Positions 17,944-27,968 of a stretch of DNA of 64,000 nucleotides are shown one piece after another. The notes beneath the pieces are model-generated. The model was not told where the DNA came from and made no database searches. It saw only the letters and a list, made by a program, of their open reading frames with translations. Source of the stretch: a bacterium (GTDB lineage: Bacteria; UBA8248); NCBI GenBank assembly GCA_963692865.2, contig OY843592.1:3808001-3872000 (forward strand), given 5' to 3'. Every line of letters begins with the position of its first letter. Within the stretch, counting starts at the first letter, position 1. The translations under genes and the position numbers were made by a program.

Positions 17944-19395
17944 CTACGAAGGAACGTCCACTTTCGGCATCATGGCCTTGTAGAAGGGAATCTCCCTCCT
18001 GAGCTTGCGCTTGCCGACTTTGCGGATGATCTTGGCCCACTCGTTCTGGATGTCGCCCATCACCTTCTTGGCGCCCTTCTTGCGGCCCGCGTAGGCCTCG
18101 GAGAGGTTGCGGTCGACGACTTCCTTGAACTCCTGGTAGCCGGTCACATACGGCGGCGGGCAGGTGACGAGGAGGTTGTCCTCCACGGACTTGATTCCCG
18201 GCTTGGTGTAGACCTTCGTCACCTGCGGGTCGGTCATGTGCTTGGGATGCCAGGGATCGTGGAAGGTGAACTTCGGATGGCCCACAACCTCGGCGCTGTT
18301 CTTGTAGGTGCTCATGTACATGGCCCAGGCGACGGCCTGTTTCTTGCGCGGGCTGTGCTTGTTCACGACCATGGCCATCACCGGCGCCGAGAAGGCGCGG
18401 TGGATGAGCTTGCCGGAGAACTTCGAACCCGGAACCAGGCCGTAATGCCACATGCCCCTGGTCTTGGTCTTCGCCGTGGGGCTTTCGATGAGCGCGATAA
18501 TCCCGTCCCAGTACTGGCAGGAGAAAATCTTGCCGTTGCGGATCCGGGGGATCATCTGCGGCGAACCCCAGGCGCTCGCCTCGGGGTGGGAAACCTGCTT
18601 GCGAGCAAGCCAGGTGTCGAAGGCGTATTCGGCCGCAGGCGTGTTCAGCGTGGGGTTGGCGTCGTCGTCGAACGGGAAACCGCCCGCGCTGTAGAGGTAC
18701 ATCCAGTACCAGAAGCTGCTGTTCGCCTTGTCGCGCAGGCCGCCGAAGCCGTAGAGCTCCTTGTCCGGCCTGTGGAAGTGCTTCATTACTTCGAGTTCGT
18801 CTTCCCAGGTGACGGGCCACTTGAGAGGCTTGCCGTGCTTGTCGGCGAAAGCCTTGCGCTCGTCGGGATTGTCGAACAGGTCCTTGCGGATGAACTGCGG
18901 GCAGACGTTTCCGTCCGTGGGCATCGCGTAGGTCTTGCCCTGATACTGCATGAAGGTCTCGAAGTTGCCGACCATCTTGAGGTCGAAGCCGGCGGACTTC
19001 ATATAGCCGTCGAGAGGCTCGAGCATGCCCGCCGCAGCGAGAGAGGGAATCATCATGGACTCGACGTGGAAGATGTCGAACTTGCCCGAGCGCGTGATGG
19101 CCTCGGCCATGGCGCGCTGGGGAATCTGCAGGTTGGGAACGTCGCTCACCTTGTCCATGGAGATGCCGGTGGCTTTGTTGAACTCGCGGTTCAGGTCGGG
19201 ATAGTTGCGCCAGTAGAGGCCCCACATCATTCCGTTCAGCTTGGCGCCTCCCAGCTTCTTGCCGGCCTTGATGACGGCGTCCTCCTCGGGCCCGGCCTGC
19301 GCTTTGCCCGCGCCTCCGAGAACGGCTGGACCCGCCACGGCGGTGGCCAGACCGGCTTTGAGGAGGCTTCTTCTTTTGATCTGCTTCTCGCTCAT
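17944..19395 (-). CDS. Tat-exported sugar-type ABC substrate-binding protein
   Basis: Twin-arginine signal MSEKQIKRRSLLKAG; AGGAGG RBS; RKDLF and P.TWE motifs. Confidence 0.9.
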   Translation of the reverse strand: MSEKQIKRRSLLKAGLATAVAGPAVLGGAGKAQAGPEEDAVIKAGKKLGGAKLNGMMWGLYWRNYPDLNREFNKATGISMDKVSDVPNLQIPQRAMAEAITRSGKFDIFHVESMMIPSLAAAGMLEPLDGYMKSAGFDLKMVGNFETFMQYQGKTYAMPTDGNVCPQFIRKDLFDNPDERKAFADKHGKPLKWPVTWEDELEVMKHFHRPDKELYGFGGLRDKANSSFWYWMYLYSAGGFPFDDDANPTLNTPAAEYAFDTWLARKQVSHPEASAWGSPQMIPRIRNGKIFSCQYWDGIIALIESPTAKTKTRGMWHYGLVPGSKFSGKLIHRAFSAPVMAMVVNKHSPRKKQAVAWAMYMSTYKNSAEVVGHPKFTFHDPWHPKHMTDPQVTKVYTKPGIKSVEDNLLVTCPPPYVTGYQEFKEVVDRNLSEAYAGRKKGAKKVMGDIQNEWAKIIRKVGKRKLRREIPFYKAMMPKVDVPS

Positions 19396-19546
19396 CTGGG
19401 TGTTCCTCCTTCGTTCATGGGGTAGACCGACTGGGCAAAATAAAATCCGCGTCGCGCGCTCATCGTTCGATGAGACGCCAGCCAGCGGATGCATAAACCC
19501 GCCACTCGGCCCGTATATGCAACTCATAATGCCTAGGTAACAGCGC

Positions 19547-19574
19547 ATTGTATGGAAGCTTTGATTTTTGTCAA
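19547..19574 (-). promoter_or_regulatory. Sigma70-like promoter of the ABC operon, overlapping an FNR/CRP-like box
   Basis: Minus-strand TTGACA-N16-TACAAT; TTGAT-N4-GTCAA at 19561-19574. Confidence 0.6.
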
Positions 19575-19655
19575 CACGCGAAGCGAAGCATCTCCCGTTA
19601 TTTGCAGCCTTCAAACGGAAACGCATTCGGGAAGCGACGATGGCGGAAGCAAGAC

Positions 19656-19701
19656 AAAAAACCGCCCTCCCCGGCGCGGCTCCAGAGCCGGGGAGGGCGG
19701 T
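19656..19701 (-). terminator. Terminator of the usp gene
   Basis: 15-bp stem ACCGCCCTCCCCGGC followed by T6 on the minus strand. Confidence 0.8.
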
Positions 19702-19732
19702 CGAAACTCATCGCCTGGTCGGCGTCTGATTC

Positions 19733-20248
19733 CTAGTTCCCGCTCGCCTCCGCCGCTTCGAGCTCCGCCATCTTCTGCAAGGCCACCTTGTCCCTCAACA
19801 GGAACACCGGGCACGGCGCGCGCCTCAAGACCTGCTCGGAGACGCTGCCGATCAGGAAGCGGCTCACCATGTTGTGGCCGTGCGTTCCCATGACGAGGAG
19901 GTCGAAATCCCCCGTTTCGGCGAACTGCACGATCTCCTTCACCGGCTCGCCGAAGACGACCAGGGTCTCGATGGGCACGGCCGATTCGACCTGTTTCGTC
20001 ATCACGTCGAGATTGCTCTGCAGTTCGATTCGCGTGTCCTCCAGCAGGCGGCTCGGAGAGATGGTGCCTACGAGTTCCGCGCCGTAGCCGCCGTATTTGG
20101 CCGCGTAGTCGGGGTTTCTCGCCACATGGATGGCCATGACTTCCGCGTTTCTGTTCTCGCCGATCTCCGCCGCGACCTTCAGGACGCCCCTGCTGAGTTC
20201 GGAGAAATCCACGGCTGCCAGCACTTTCTTGGGATCGTATATTCGCAT
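19733..20248 (-). CDS. Universal stress protein
   Basis: VLAAVDFS and DLLVMGTHG...IGSVSEQVLRRAPCPV motifs. Confidence 0.93.
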   Translation of the reverse strand: MRIYDPKKVLAAVDFSELSRGVLKVAAEIGENRNAEVMAIHVARNPDYAAKYGGYGAELVGTISPSRLLEDTRIELQSNLDVMTKQVESAVPIETLVVFGEPVKEIVQFAETGDFDLLVMGTHGHNMVSRFLIGSVSEQVLRRAPCPVFLLRDKVALQKMAELEAAEASGN

Positions 20249-20542
20249 GGCGTTTCCCTCCGATATGAAGAAATGTACGACGTCTTATTGTTCATTAACA
20301 AAATGCGGAGCCTCTGGAGGCCCCGCATTCAGGGATCGTTCTCGACTGTTCTGCCTGCGCGTCCCGCGATGGCCGTCCAGATGCCTTGCACCGGCTATCT
20401 TTTGTCATCCCCCGAGAGGCCGGCGCGTTGCTTCAGGGGACTAGACTCCATCACTCCATCAACCCCCTATGTTCTATTTCAAATATAGGCTCTCGCGCGC
20501 CATCTTTCAAGGAAAATCCGCACGCAGGCGGCCCCGCCCGCC

Positions 20543-21526
20543 TCAGTCGATCTCCACCACCACGTTGCCTACGTTCGCGAAATTCTCCATGATCTCGTGC
20601 GCCGCGGCGGTTTCCTCGAGCGAGAAGCGCGCGCCGATGTGGTGGGTGAGCGCGCCCGCCGCGCACGCGGCGTTGATGTCCGCGCAGGCCTGATCGATCG
20701 CCGCATCCGGCATCGTGTAGACGAACACCATGCGGATGGCCGTGTTCTCCGGCATCATCCGGTACCAGGGCAGAGCGGGTTCGGGGACGCGCGTGGAGCC
20801 GTAGGCGGCGACGGTCCCGTTTCCCTTGAGCACCCGTCGGGTGACGTCCAGGTTCTCGCCGAAGTCCACCTCGCAAATCCTGTCCACTCCTTCTCCGCCG
20901 GTGATCTCCATGATGCGCGCAGCGGCGTCCTCCTCGCGGTAGTTCACCACGTGGTCCGCGCCCGCATCGCGCGCGATCCGCGCCTTCTCCTCGTTGCTGA
21001 CAGTGGCGATGACGGTGGCGCCCCCCCACTTGGCGAGCTGTACGCCGTAGCGCCCCACGGCGCCCGCACCGCCGGTGACGAGCGCCGTCCGCCCCGCTAT
21101 CGGCCCGTCGAGAAAAAGCGCCCTGTGGGCCGTCATCGCCGGAATCGCCAGACACGCCCCCTGGGCGAAATCCACAGAATCCGCCAGCGGCACGGCCTGG
21201 CGCTCGGGCAGGACGATGAATTCGGCCGCCGTGCCGTAGGGCCTTTGCCACTGGCCGTTGAACACCCAGACGCGCTCGCCCACGCGAGAGGAATCCACCC
21301 CCTCGCCCGCGCTCTCGATGACGCCCGCGCCGTCCGAATGGGGGATGATTCTCGGCCAGCGCATCTCGCCGCGCGAACCCAGGCGCGCCTTGTAGTCCGA
21401 GGGATTGGCGCCCGAGGCGTGGAGCCTCACGCGCACCTCGCCCGCGCCCGGCTCGGGGGTCTCGATTTCGCCGAATTTCAGCACCTCTTTCGCCGGGCCA
21501 TACGCTTCATACCAGACGGCTCGCAT
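20543..21526 (-). CDS. NADPH:quinone reductase (zeta-crystallin/MDR family)
   Basis: ASGANPSD, IPHSDGAG and GGAGAVG motifs. Confidence 0.9.
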   Translation of the reverse strand: MRAVWYEAYGPAKEVLKFGEIETPEPGAGEVRVRLHASGANPSDYKARLGSRGEMRWPRIIPHSDGAGVIESAGEGVDSSRVGERVWVFNGQWQRPYGTAAEFIVLPERQAVPLADSVDFAQGACLAIPAMTAHRALFLDGPIAGRTALVTGGAGAVGRYGVQLAKWGGATVIATVSNEEKARIARDAGADHVVNYREEDAAARIMEITGGEGVDRICEVDFGENLDVTRRVLKGNGTVAAYGSTRVPEPALPWYRMMPENTAIRMVFVYTMPDAAIDQACADINAACAAGALTHHIGARFSLEETAAAHEIMENFANVGNVVVEID

Positions 21527-21596
21527 GATCTCTCCTTCAAGTGGCTCCATCGTTTGGAATCAAAATCAACCTGTTCCATCTTCGCTTCGTATCCCC

Positions 21597-22040
21597 GTAG
21601 GGAACGCGTATGGGGTTGTTGAAAATGCCCTCGCCGGGGGAGGTCGCCTTTAGCGGAAAGTCCGCTTCCGCGCGACCCCTCTCGTCAGAAGCAACCCCCC
21701 CTACCCCCCCTTGTGGGGTCGTTGAAAAACCCCTTGCGGGCCGGTCGGGATCCCACCGTAGGGGCCGCATATCATGCGGCCCGGCCTTTTCGCCTTCACG
21801 ATGCGGGTCGCATAATATGCGACCCCTACAATACCATCTTGAATGATGATCGTAGGGACGGACCCGTGTGTCCGCTCGACCCCGGAACAAGGTTTTTTCA
21901 ACAGCCCCTTGTCAGGGGGGTATAAAAAGGCGATGTCCCCCCGCCGAGCAGAGGGGGCGTTGCTTTTTCCTGCCCCCCTGACAAGGGGGGGTAGGGGGGG
22001 TTGCCTTTACCCTGCCAGGGAATTTTTCCAACAACCCCCG
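21597..22040. repeat. Nested REP/MITE mosaic
   Basis: GTAG hairpins, a CCCCCCTACCCCCCC..TTGTCAGGGGGG inverted pair, and four GGGGYTGTTGAAAA-type ends. Confidence 0.8.
21715..21908. mobile_element. MITE with GGGG(C/T)TGTTGAAAAA-type TIRs
   Basis: GGGGTCGTTGAAAAA ... TTTTTCAACAGCCCC, flanked by a TTGT duplication (21711-14, 21909-12). Confidence 0.65.
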
Positions 22041-22130
22041 AAGGAACGCAGACCCGCAGCCCCCGCGAAACGAATCCCGCCGCCAAGCCGGAGCGTATCC
22101 ATCCTCAACGAAAATGCGCCAGGAAAACCC

Positions 22131-23249
22131 TCAAGCGGCGGCGCGTTCGCGCTCTATCATCTCCTTGACGCGGGGGATGAGGTCGCGCGCGGCGCGGCGG
22201 CATTCCTCCACGTGGGGATAGCCCGAGAGGATGAACTCGTCGATGCCCAGCCGCCAGTAGCCGAGAAGCTCCTCCGCGATTTGCTCCGACGTTCCCACGA
22301 GGGCGGAGCCGCAGTTCACCCGCACCTGGGAGATACCGTTCCAAAGATGCGGCCCGACCCGGAAATCATCGAACGCGCGCGCCTGCGCGGCGGCGCCCAC
22401 CATGCTCGTGCCGGCCACCAGCGCGCCGCGCTGGGCCTTCACGGAATCATCCGCGCGGCTGAGCAGTTCATGCGTCTCCTCCCACGCTTCGGCCTCGGAA
22501 TCTCGCATCACCAGATGGGAGCGCACCCCGAAGGCGGGCGTCCGCCCCGCCTCGGCGAAAGAGGCCCGCGCGCGCTCCAGGTGCTTTCGTGTCTCCTCCA
22601 CCGGCCCTATCCAGCCGAGATAGACGTCCGACTGCGTTCCCGCGAGCTTGAGCGCCGCGGGCGACGCGCCGCCGAGGTAGAACCTGGGCGTCTCTCCCGC
22701 CGGGCCGGGCGAGCAGTGCACGCCGTCGAGCTTCACGAATTTCCCCTCGAAGCTGATCGGCTTTGGATCCTCCCAGAGCTTGCGGATGGCGGCGATGAAC
22801 TCCTCCGCGCGCTCGTAGCGCGTGTCGTGGTCGATCCGCTCACCCATCTTCTCGAACTCGCCCTTGATGCCGCCGGGCACGACGTTCAAGTCCACGCGCC
22901 CGCCCGTTATCTGGCTGAGCGTGGCCGCCATCTGGGCGAACAGGCCCGGGTTCACGAACCCCGGACGCACGGCGACGAGGAAGCGTATCTTCTCGCTTCG
23001 CGCGGCGAGCGCCGTCACCATCGTCCAGGTCTCCGCCAGGGGCGCGCCCTGGTCGAAAAGCCCGTTGGCGAAGCGCGTGGGGATGAGCATGGAGTAGAAA
23101 TCGTTCTCCTCCGCCGCCTTGACCACCTCGCTCAGGTATTCATACGTGGGCGGGCGCTCGGCCCGCAGCGTGCCGATGTGCGCGCCGTCGCCGTCTATCG
23201 GGATGAACCAGTCGAAGCGCGGCTCCGGGCGTTCGTGATTCGATGTCAT
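22131..23249 (-). CDS. LLM-class flavin-dependent monooxygenase (SsuD/SfnG-like)
   Basis: WFIP..GD, FLVAVRPG, YLGGAS, ALVGT and FILSGYPH motifs. Confidence 0.9.
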   Translation of the reverse strand: MTSNHERPEPRFDWFIPIDGDGAHIGTLRAERPPTYEYLSEVVKAAEENDFYSMLIPTRFANGLFDQGAPLAETWTMVTALAARSEKIRFLVAVRPGFVNPGLFAQMAATLSQITGGRVDLNVVPGGIKGEFEKMGERIDHDTRYERAEEFIAAIRKLWEDPKPISFEGKFVKLDGVHCSPGPAGETPRFYLGGASPAALKLAGTQSDVYLGWIGPVEETRKHLERARASFAEAGRTPAFGVRSHLVMRDSEAEAWEETHELLSRADDSVKAQRGALVAGTSMVGAAAQARAFDDFRVGPHLWNGISQVRVNCGSALVGTSEQIAEELLGYWRLGIDEFILSGYPHVEECRRAARDLIPRVKEMIERERAAA

Positions 23250-23513
23250 GCGTAAACTCCCATGCGGTTTCGGTACCGGATTCCGGCGATTCTAGTACAG
23301 ATGCGCTTGGACGGAAAAGGCCGGGGTGCGCCGCGCGGCCACTCCCCTGGTTATCATGCGCTGGCAAGGGCGGTGAACCGCTGCGGGATATAACGTAAGA
23401 ACGGAGACGAGAGAAAGGCGGCTTGGGGTGCATTTTGACTTTCCAGTCCAAAAGCGCTAGTCTCCTCATTGAGGACCCGTACTCTTTCTTACTCACCGGA
23501 GGCGGGGGGAACC

Positions 23514-23990
23514 ATGCAAAAAATCTTCGATCATTTCAAAACCAACGCCGGCGTATGGACGTTCGGGCTGTTCATGGCCGCGGTGGCGGGCGGCATCTAT
23601 CAATTCACGGTATTCATGGTCAGCGCGCAGGTCACGCCCGTCAAGGCGCGCCTCGACGCGCAAGTCGAGAGGCTCGACGCGGCGGACGGGAATACGAACG
23701 ACGCCATCGAACGCCTCGAAAAACAGATGAACGTGCGTTTCGATGGAATCAAGAAAGACATCAGGCGCAACCAGGAAGGAATCGGCCTTCTGAGAAAAGA
23801 AATAAGCGACCTGAACAAGAAAGTCGAGAGGAAAATAGATACGTTGAACAACAAGATCGACAGGCAAATCGGCCTGCTGGACCAGAAAATCGAGAAGAAA
23901 TTCGACCAGCTGGATCAGAAAATCAGCCGCCTGGACGAGAAGATGGACAAGAAGTTCAACCTCATCCTGCTAAGGCTCCCCCCGCTCTAA
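23514..23990 (+). CDS. Membrane-anchored coiled-coil protein with 7/11-residue K-I-D-type repeats
   Basis: N-terminal TM followed by KVERKIDTLNN/KIDRQIGLLDQ/KIEKKFDQLDQ repeats; GGAGG upstream. Confidence 0.7.
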   Translation: MQKIFDHFKTNAGVWTFGLFMAAVAGGIYQFTVFMVSAQVTPVKARLDAQVERLDAADGNTNDAIERLEKQMNVRFDGIKKDIRRNQEGIGLLRKEISDLNKKVERKIDTLNNKIDRQIGLLDQKIEKKFDQLDQKISRLDEKMDKKFNLILLRLPPL

Positions 23991-24061
23991 AAATAGTTTT
24001 AAGAACCCGGTCGATGGGCGCGCCGGTCTCACGCGTCCTTCCCGACAAGACCGCATCACCC

Positions 24062-24673
24062 TCAACCCAGGGTTTCACTCAGCGACACGAGTTCATCGAG
24101 CGCCTCCCTGGCGAAACGGCTCTGGAAGACGGCCTCCGCGGAAGCCCCCGGATAGACGGCCCACAGCGCGCCATCCTCGCAGAGCAAGATGGTGGTGAGA
24201 GGCCGCAAGACAATCGCGCCCACAGTCTCGTGCGCGTCGGGCCGGTTGATCCACCGGCGGAACGAGGCTTCGCCCTCCGCCGCCAGCGTGAGTTCCGAAT
24301 CCCAGAGCGGATCGCCTGAGTGGACAGTCTGAAAACCCGGACTGCCGCTTTCATTCTCCAGACAGGCGCGCTCGGCCAGCTGGAGGCTTTCCGCTTTCTT
24401 GTGGATTCTGAACGAATGAGACGCCGCGCAGGCGACGCCTATCCGCATCGCGGCGGGGCCGGCGCGGGTTTTCGCGCGATACTCGAACCATACGCGCTTG
24501 CCCGAATACTCCCCGCTCAGGCGTCCGCCTTCGAGTCGGGCCGTGCCCGCATCCAGCAGTTCGACCAGCGGCTTCATCCGGCGGGCGAGCCGGACGTCTC
24601 GAAAGAAAACGCAGTAGACGACCGCGCCGAGAACCACCGCCAGGGCAAGGAGGCTCGGCCCGTCGATCAGCAT
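24062..24673 (-). CDS. Hypothetical membrane-anchored protein
   Basis: N-terminal TM; overlaps the stop of the VOC gene. Confidence 0.6.
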   Translation of the reverse strand: MLIDGPSLLALAVVLGAVVYCVFFRDVRLARRMKPLVELLDAGTARLEGGRLSGEYSGKRVWFEYRAKTRAGPAAMRIGVACAASHSFRIHKKAESLQLAERACLENESGSPGFQTVHSGDPLWDSELTLAAEGEASFRRWINRPDAHETVGAIVLRPLTTILLCEDGALWAVYPGASAEAVFQSRFAREALDELVSLSETLG

Positions 24674-25170
24674 TCACTTTTCCCGGCATCCCGCCAGGCG
24701 GGTCGGCTGCCGGGGAACATGTCCGAATCGTGAAAGACCTCGATGCGGTTGCCGTCCGGATCCAGGAAGTAGATGCCCTCGTGCCCGCCCCACAGGCCGT
24801 TGCTCTCATCCAAGCGCAAGGGCCCCCAGACGACCTCGATGTCGGGGCGCGAGCGGATGTAGGCCACCGCGTCGTCGAACGCCCCCTGATCCGCCACCTC
24901 GAACGCCAGGTGGTGCAGCCCCACGTCACGGCGCGGCACGGTGTCCCCGCCCTCCTCGTCCACCCAGTCCTCGGGCACGCTGAATATCGCCAACTGGTGG
25001 TGGTAGTCGTCCAGGTACATGAACGCCGAGCCGAAAGGCGCCGCCGGGTGGCTGCCCGCCTCGTGGCGCGAGCGCAGCTTGAAGCCCAGCACTTCGGAAT
25101 AGAATTTGATGGCGCGATCCAGATCCCGCACCTTTATTCCTAAGTGCTGCAAGCGGATGGAGCGAATCAT
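24667..25170 (-). CDS. VOC (glyoxalase/extradiol dioxygenase) family protein
   Basis: LQHLGIKVRDL, GLHHLAFEV and YFLDPDGNRIE motifs. Confidence 0.88.
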   Translation of the reverse strand: MIRSIRLQHLGIKVRDLDRAIKFYSEVLGFKLRSRHEAGSHPAAPFGSAFMYLDDYHHQLAIFSVPEDWVDEEGGDTVPRRDVGLHHLAFEVADQGAFDDAVAYIRSRPDIEVVWGPLRLDESNGLWGGHEGIYFLDPDGNRIEVFHDSDMFPGSRPAWRDAGKSEC

Positions 25171-25397
25171 CAAAGGCCTCCAGTGAGTATGACCCCAACA
25201 AACGAAAGCGGCGCAGGATTTCTTTCGAGAATACGCGATTTGCGCACCGGAGTCATCGACACAGGGCGTCCCCTCATGGCCGATTTGCCCGCCGCCCTTG
25301 CCGAGCCGGCCCAAGTGGAGTATTCCATGAGGGCGCGGGAACCCATATCACTCGATTCCGCAATTTCACTTGTCATCCTCGAATGGAGGTCTTCGCC

Positions 25398-26183
25398 TTG
25401 CCCATCATCACGAACGAGACAAAAAGGAAATCCTACGCCGGCGAGGTCACCCTGGGCGCGGGCGTGCGCATGGCGCGAACGGTGGAGGTCGGCCTCGCCA
25501 TGAAGGCGGCGGGCTTCGACTGGCTCTTCATCGATCTCGAACACGGCCCTTTCGACCTCGAAACCGCGCAGCAGATATCCATCGCCGCCCTGACGCAGGG
25601 CATCACGCCGCTCGTGCGCGTGGCCTCGCTCGACCCGCACCTGAGCACGCGGATTCTGGACTCAGGCGCGCAGGGCATCGTCCTGCCGCACGTGAACAAC
25701 GCGGGTGAGGCCGAGGAATTCGTGCGAATCTGCAAGTTCCCGCCCGAGGGCGGACGCAGCGCGGGCGGGGGGCTGGCCCACGGGCGCTTCGAGGCCATGG
25801 ACCCGATGGCGCTTCTGAGCGGCATCAACGACGAGACGCTGCTCGTCGCCATGATCGAGACGCCCGAAGCCGGCGATCAGGCGGACGCCATCGCCGCCGT
25901 GGAGGGAATCGACGTGCTGCTCATCGGCACTAACGACCTGAGCCTGGGAATGGGCATCGTCGGCCGGCACGACCACCCCCGCGTCAACAAGGTGTATGAC
26001 CAGGTGAACGCCGCGTGCCGGAAACACGGCAAGATAGCCGGCATGGGCGGGTCCTACGATCCCCGGATGATCGAGCGCAGAATCAAGGAGGGGATGCGCT
26101 TCATCCTATCGGGCAGCGACCTCAACTTCATGAGCGCAGGCGCCAGGGCCCAGGCGGACATGATTCGCGAACTCGCGGGCTGA
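25398..26183 (+). CDS. HpcH/HpaI aldolase family protein
   Basis: FIDLEHG, MIETPEA and LIGTNDL motifs. TTG start after GGAGG (ATG at 25383 is an alternative). Confidence 0.9.
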   Translation: MPIITNETKRKSYAGEVTLGAGVRMARTVEVGLAMKAAGFDWLFIDLEHGPFDLETAQQISIAALTQGITPLVRVASLDPHLSTRILDSGAQGIVLPHVNNAGEAEEFVRICKFPPEGGRSAGGGLAHGRFEAMDPMALLSGINDETLLVAMIETPEAGDQADAIAAVEGIDVLLIGTNDLSLGMGIVGRHDHPRVNKVYDQVNAACRKHGKIAGMGGSYDPRMIERRIKEGMRFILSGSDLNFMSAGARAQADMIRELAG

Positions 26184-26241
26184 GGTTTCCGGCTGAAATC
26201 CCCATAACAATTCGCAATTTTCGAAAAACCAAGGAGAAAAA

Positions 26242-27084
26242 ATGAAACTCTTGACCTATGAATCGGACACCGGGCCACGCGTCGCCGTATTGACGGAAAA
26301 CGGCGTGGAGGACGTCGTCCCCCACACCGGCGACGCGGCGGAAGTCATCGCCCGGGGCGGGACGCCCGAAACCAGCGGCCGGCCGGTGGCGTTCGAATCC
26401 ATCAAAATGCTCGCGCCGATAGCGAAACTCGCGCGGCCCGTCATCGCCGTGGGACTCAACTACAAGAAACACGCCGACGAGGGCGCGCGCAAATACGGGC
26501 GCCCGGTGGGCGTCTACCCCGAGATTCCGGTGTTCTTCTGCAAGTGGCCGGGTTCGCACAACGGGCCCGACGGGGAGATCATAAAGCACGGGAACGTGAA
26601 CGAACTCGACTATGAGTGCGAACTCGTCATCGTGATCGGCAAGGAGGGGATCAATATCCCGCTGGATGAGGCCATGGACCACGTATACGGCTACACCATC
26701 ATGAACGAGGTCTCCGCCCGCGACGTGCAGCGCGCCCACGGCCAGTGGTTCAAGGGCAAGGCGCTCGACAGCTTCGGCCCCCTGGGCCCCTGGATCGTCA
26801 CCAGGGACGAGGCGGGCGACGGGAACAACCTGGCCGTCATCACGCGCGTGAACGGCCAGACGCGGCAGAACTCGAACACGAACGACATGATCTTCGACAT
26901 CGCCACCGTCGTCTCGGTGCTGTCCGAGAGCTTCACGCTCGTGCCCGGCGACATGATCGCCACCGGAACGCCCGAGGGCGTGGGCTTCGCCATGGACCCG
27001 CCGGGGCTTCTGAACGCCGGCGACGTGGTGGAGTGCGAGATCGAGAACATCGGCGTACTCAGGAGCACCGTCGCCGCGCCGTAA
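26242..27084 (+). CDS. Fumarylacetoacetate hydrolase family protein
   Basis: VGLNYKKH, LDYECEL, NEVSARD and ATGTPEGVG motifs. Confidence 0.92.
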   Translation: MKLLTYESDTGPRVAVLTENGVEDVVPHTGDAAEVIARGGTPETSGRPVAFESIKMLAPIAKLARPVIAVGLNYKKHADEGARKYGRPVGVYPEIPVFFCKWPGSHNGPDGEIIKHGNVNELDYECELVIVIGKEGINIPLDEAMDHVYGYTIMNEVSARDVQRAHGQWFKGKALDSFGPLGPWIVTRDEAGDGNNLAVITRVNGQTRQNSNTNDMIFDIATVVSVLSESFTLVPGDMIATGTPEGVGFAMDPPGLLNAGDVVECEIENIGVLRSTVAAP

Positions 27085-27119
27085 GATGAGGGTAATTGAC
27101 ACTGATAAAGCAGGAAGAA

Positions 27120-27455
27120 CCACTCCCGCTTTGAGGGGCATTGCCGACTGACGCGAATGGAAGAATCACTCCCCCCTTGAGGGTCTGGCTTTCCGAGGGG
27201 AAAGCCAGACGAGGAAGCCGAACCGACAGGTGAAGGCTGACTCGGTGGGGGGACATGCCACTGAAAAAGCTATCCCTCTCGCATCAACCACGTTTTACCT
27301 GTAGGTCGGACATATATGTCCGACATATTATGCGACCCGGCCTTTTTTCGCTTCTCCGGCAGCGGGCCGCATAATATGCGGCCCCTACACACCTCCGGCA
27401 AGGTGGTATCCCGTCGCCCCCATACCGGCATTCCAGGCTTTTTCAACAGCCCCCC
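27120..27455. repeat. REP/MITE mosaic between convergent genes
   Basis: CACTCCCCCCTTGAGGG, GTAGGTCGGACATATATGTCCGAC, a GTAG doublet and TTTTTCAACAGCCCC. Confidence 0.75.
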
Positions 27456-27467
27456 GGCGATCAGGCC

Positions 27468-27968
27468 TTACGTCAGCGTCTGCTTGAGGTAGGGCACGAG
27501 GCCGCCCGCCTTCACCATGTCCATGATGTGATCGGGCAGGGGTTCGGCTTGCAAGGTCTGGCCCTTCGTGAGGTTCTCGACCCTCCCCGCGATCGGGTCG
27601 ACGCGAACGCGGTCGCCCTGCGCTATCGATTCCGCGTCGGCGCAGATGAGCACGGGCAGGCCGATGCAGAGCGAATTCCTGAAAAAATTCCGCGCGAACG
27701 TCCGCGCGATAACGGCGCCCACGCCCGCGCGCTTGATGCCGCGCGGCGCCGTCTCGCGGCTCGAGCCGCAGCCGAAGTTCCGCCCGCCGACGATAACGTC
27801 GCCCGCACGCACGTTCCGGGAGAAATCGGGGTCGACCCCCTCCATGGCGTGCGCGGCCAGTTCCTCATCGGGCAGGCTCGCGTATTTCGACGGCATGATG
27901 TAGCCCGTATCGACGTTGTCGCCGAACACCCAGGCGCCGCCCTCGATGGTTTGCGTCTCGCCCCTCAT
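27468..27968 (-). CDS. leuD: 3-isopropylmalate dehydratase/homoaconitase-type small subunit
   Basis: FGDNVDT, NFGCGSSRE and FARNFFRN motifs. Substrate uncertain. Confidence 0.85.
   Translation of the reverse strand: MRGETQTIEGGAWVFGDNVDTGYIMPSKYASLPDEELAAHAMEGVDPDFSRNVRAGDVIVGGRNFGCGSSRETAPRGIKRAGVGAVIARTFARNFFRNSLCIGLPVLICADAESIAQGDRVRVDPIAGRVENLTKGQTLQAEPLPDHIMDMVKAGGLVPYLKQTLT

Noticed and set aside
21537-22086. Short ORFs within the repeat mosaics (also 35304-36226, 58723-60093)
   Set aside because: Translations of palindromic repeats with recurring pseudo-peptides; no coding evidence.
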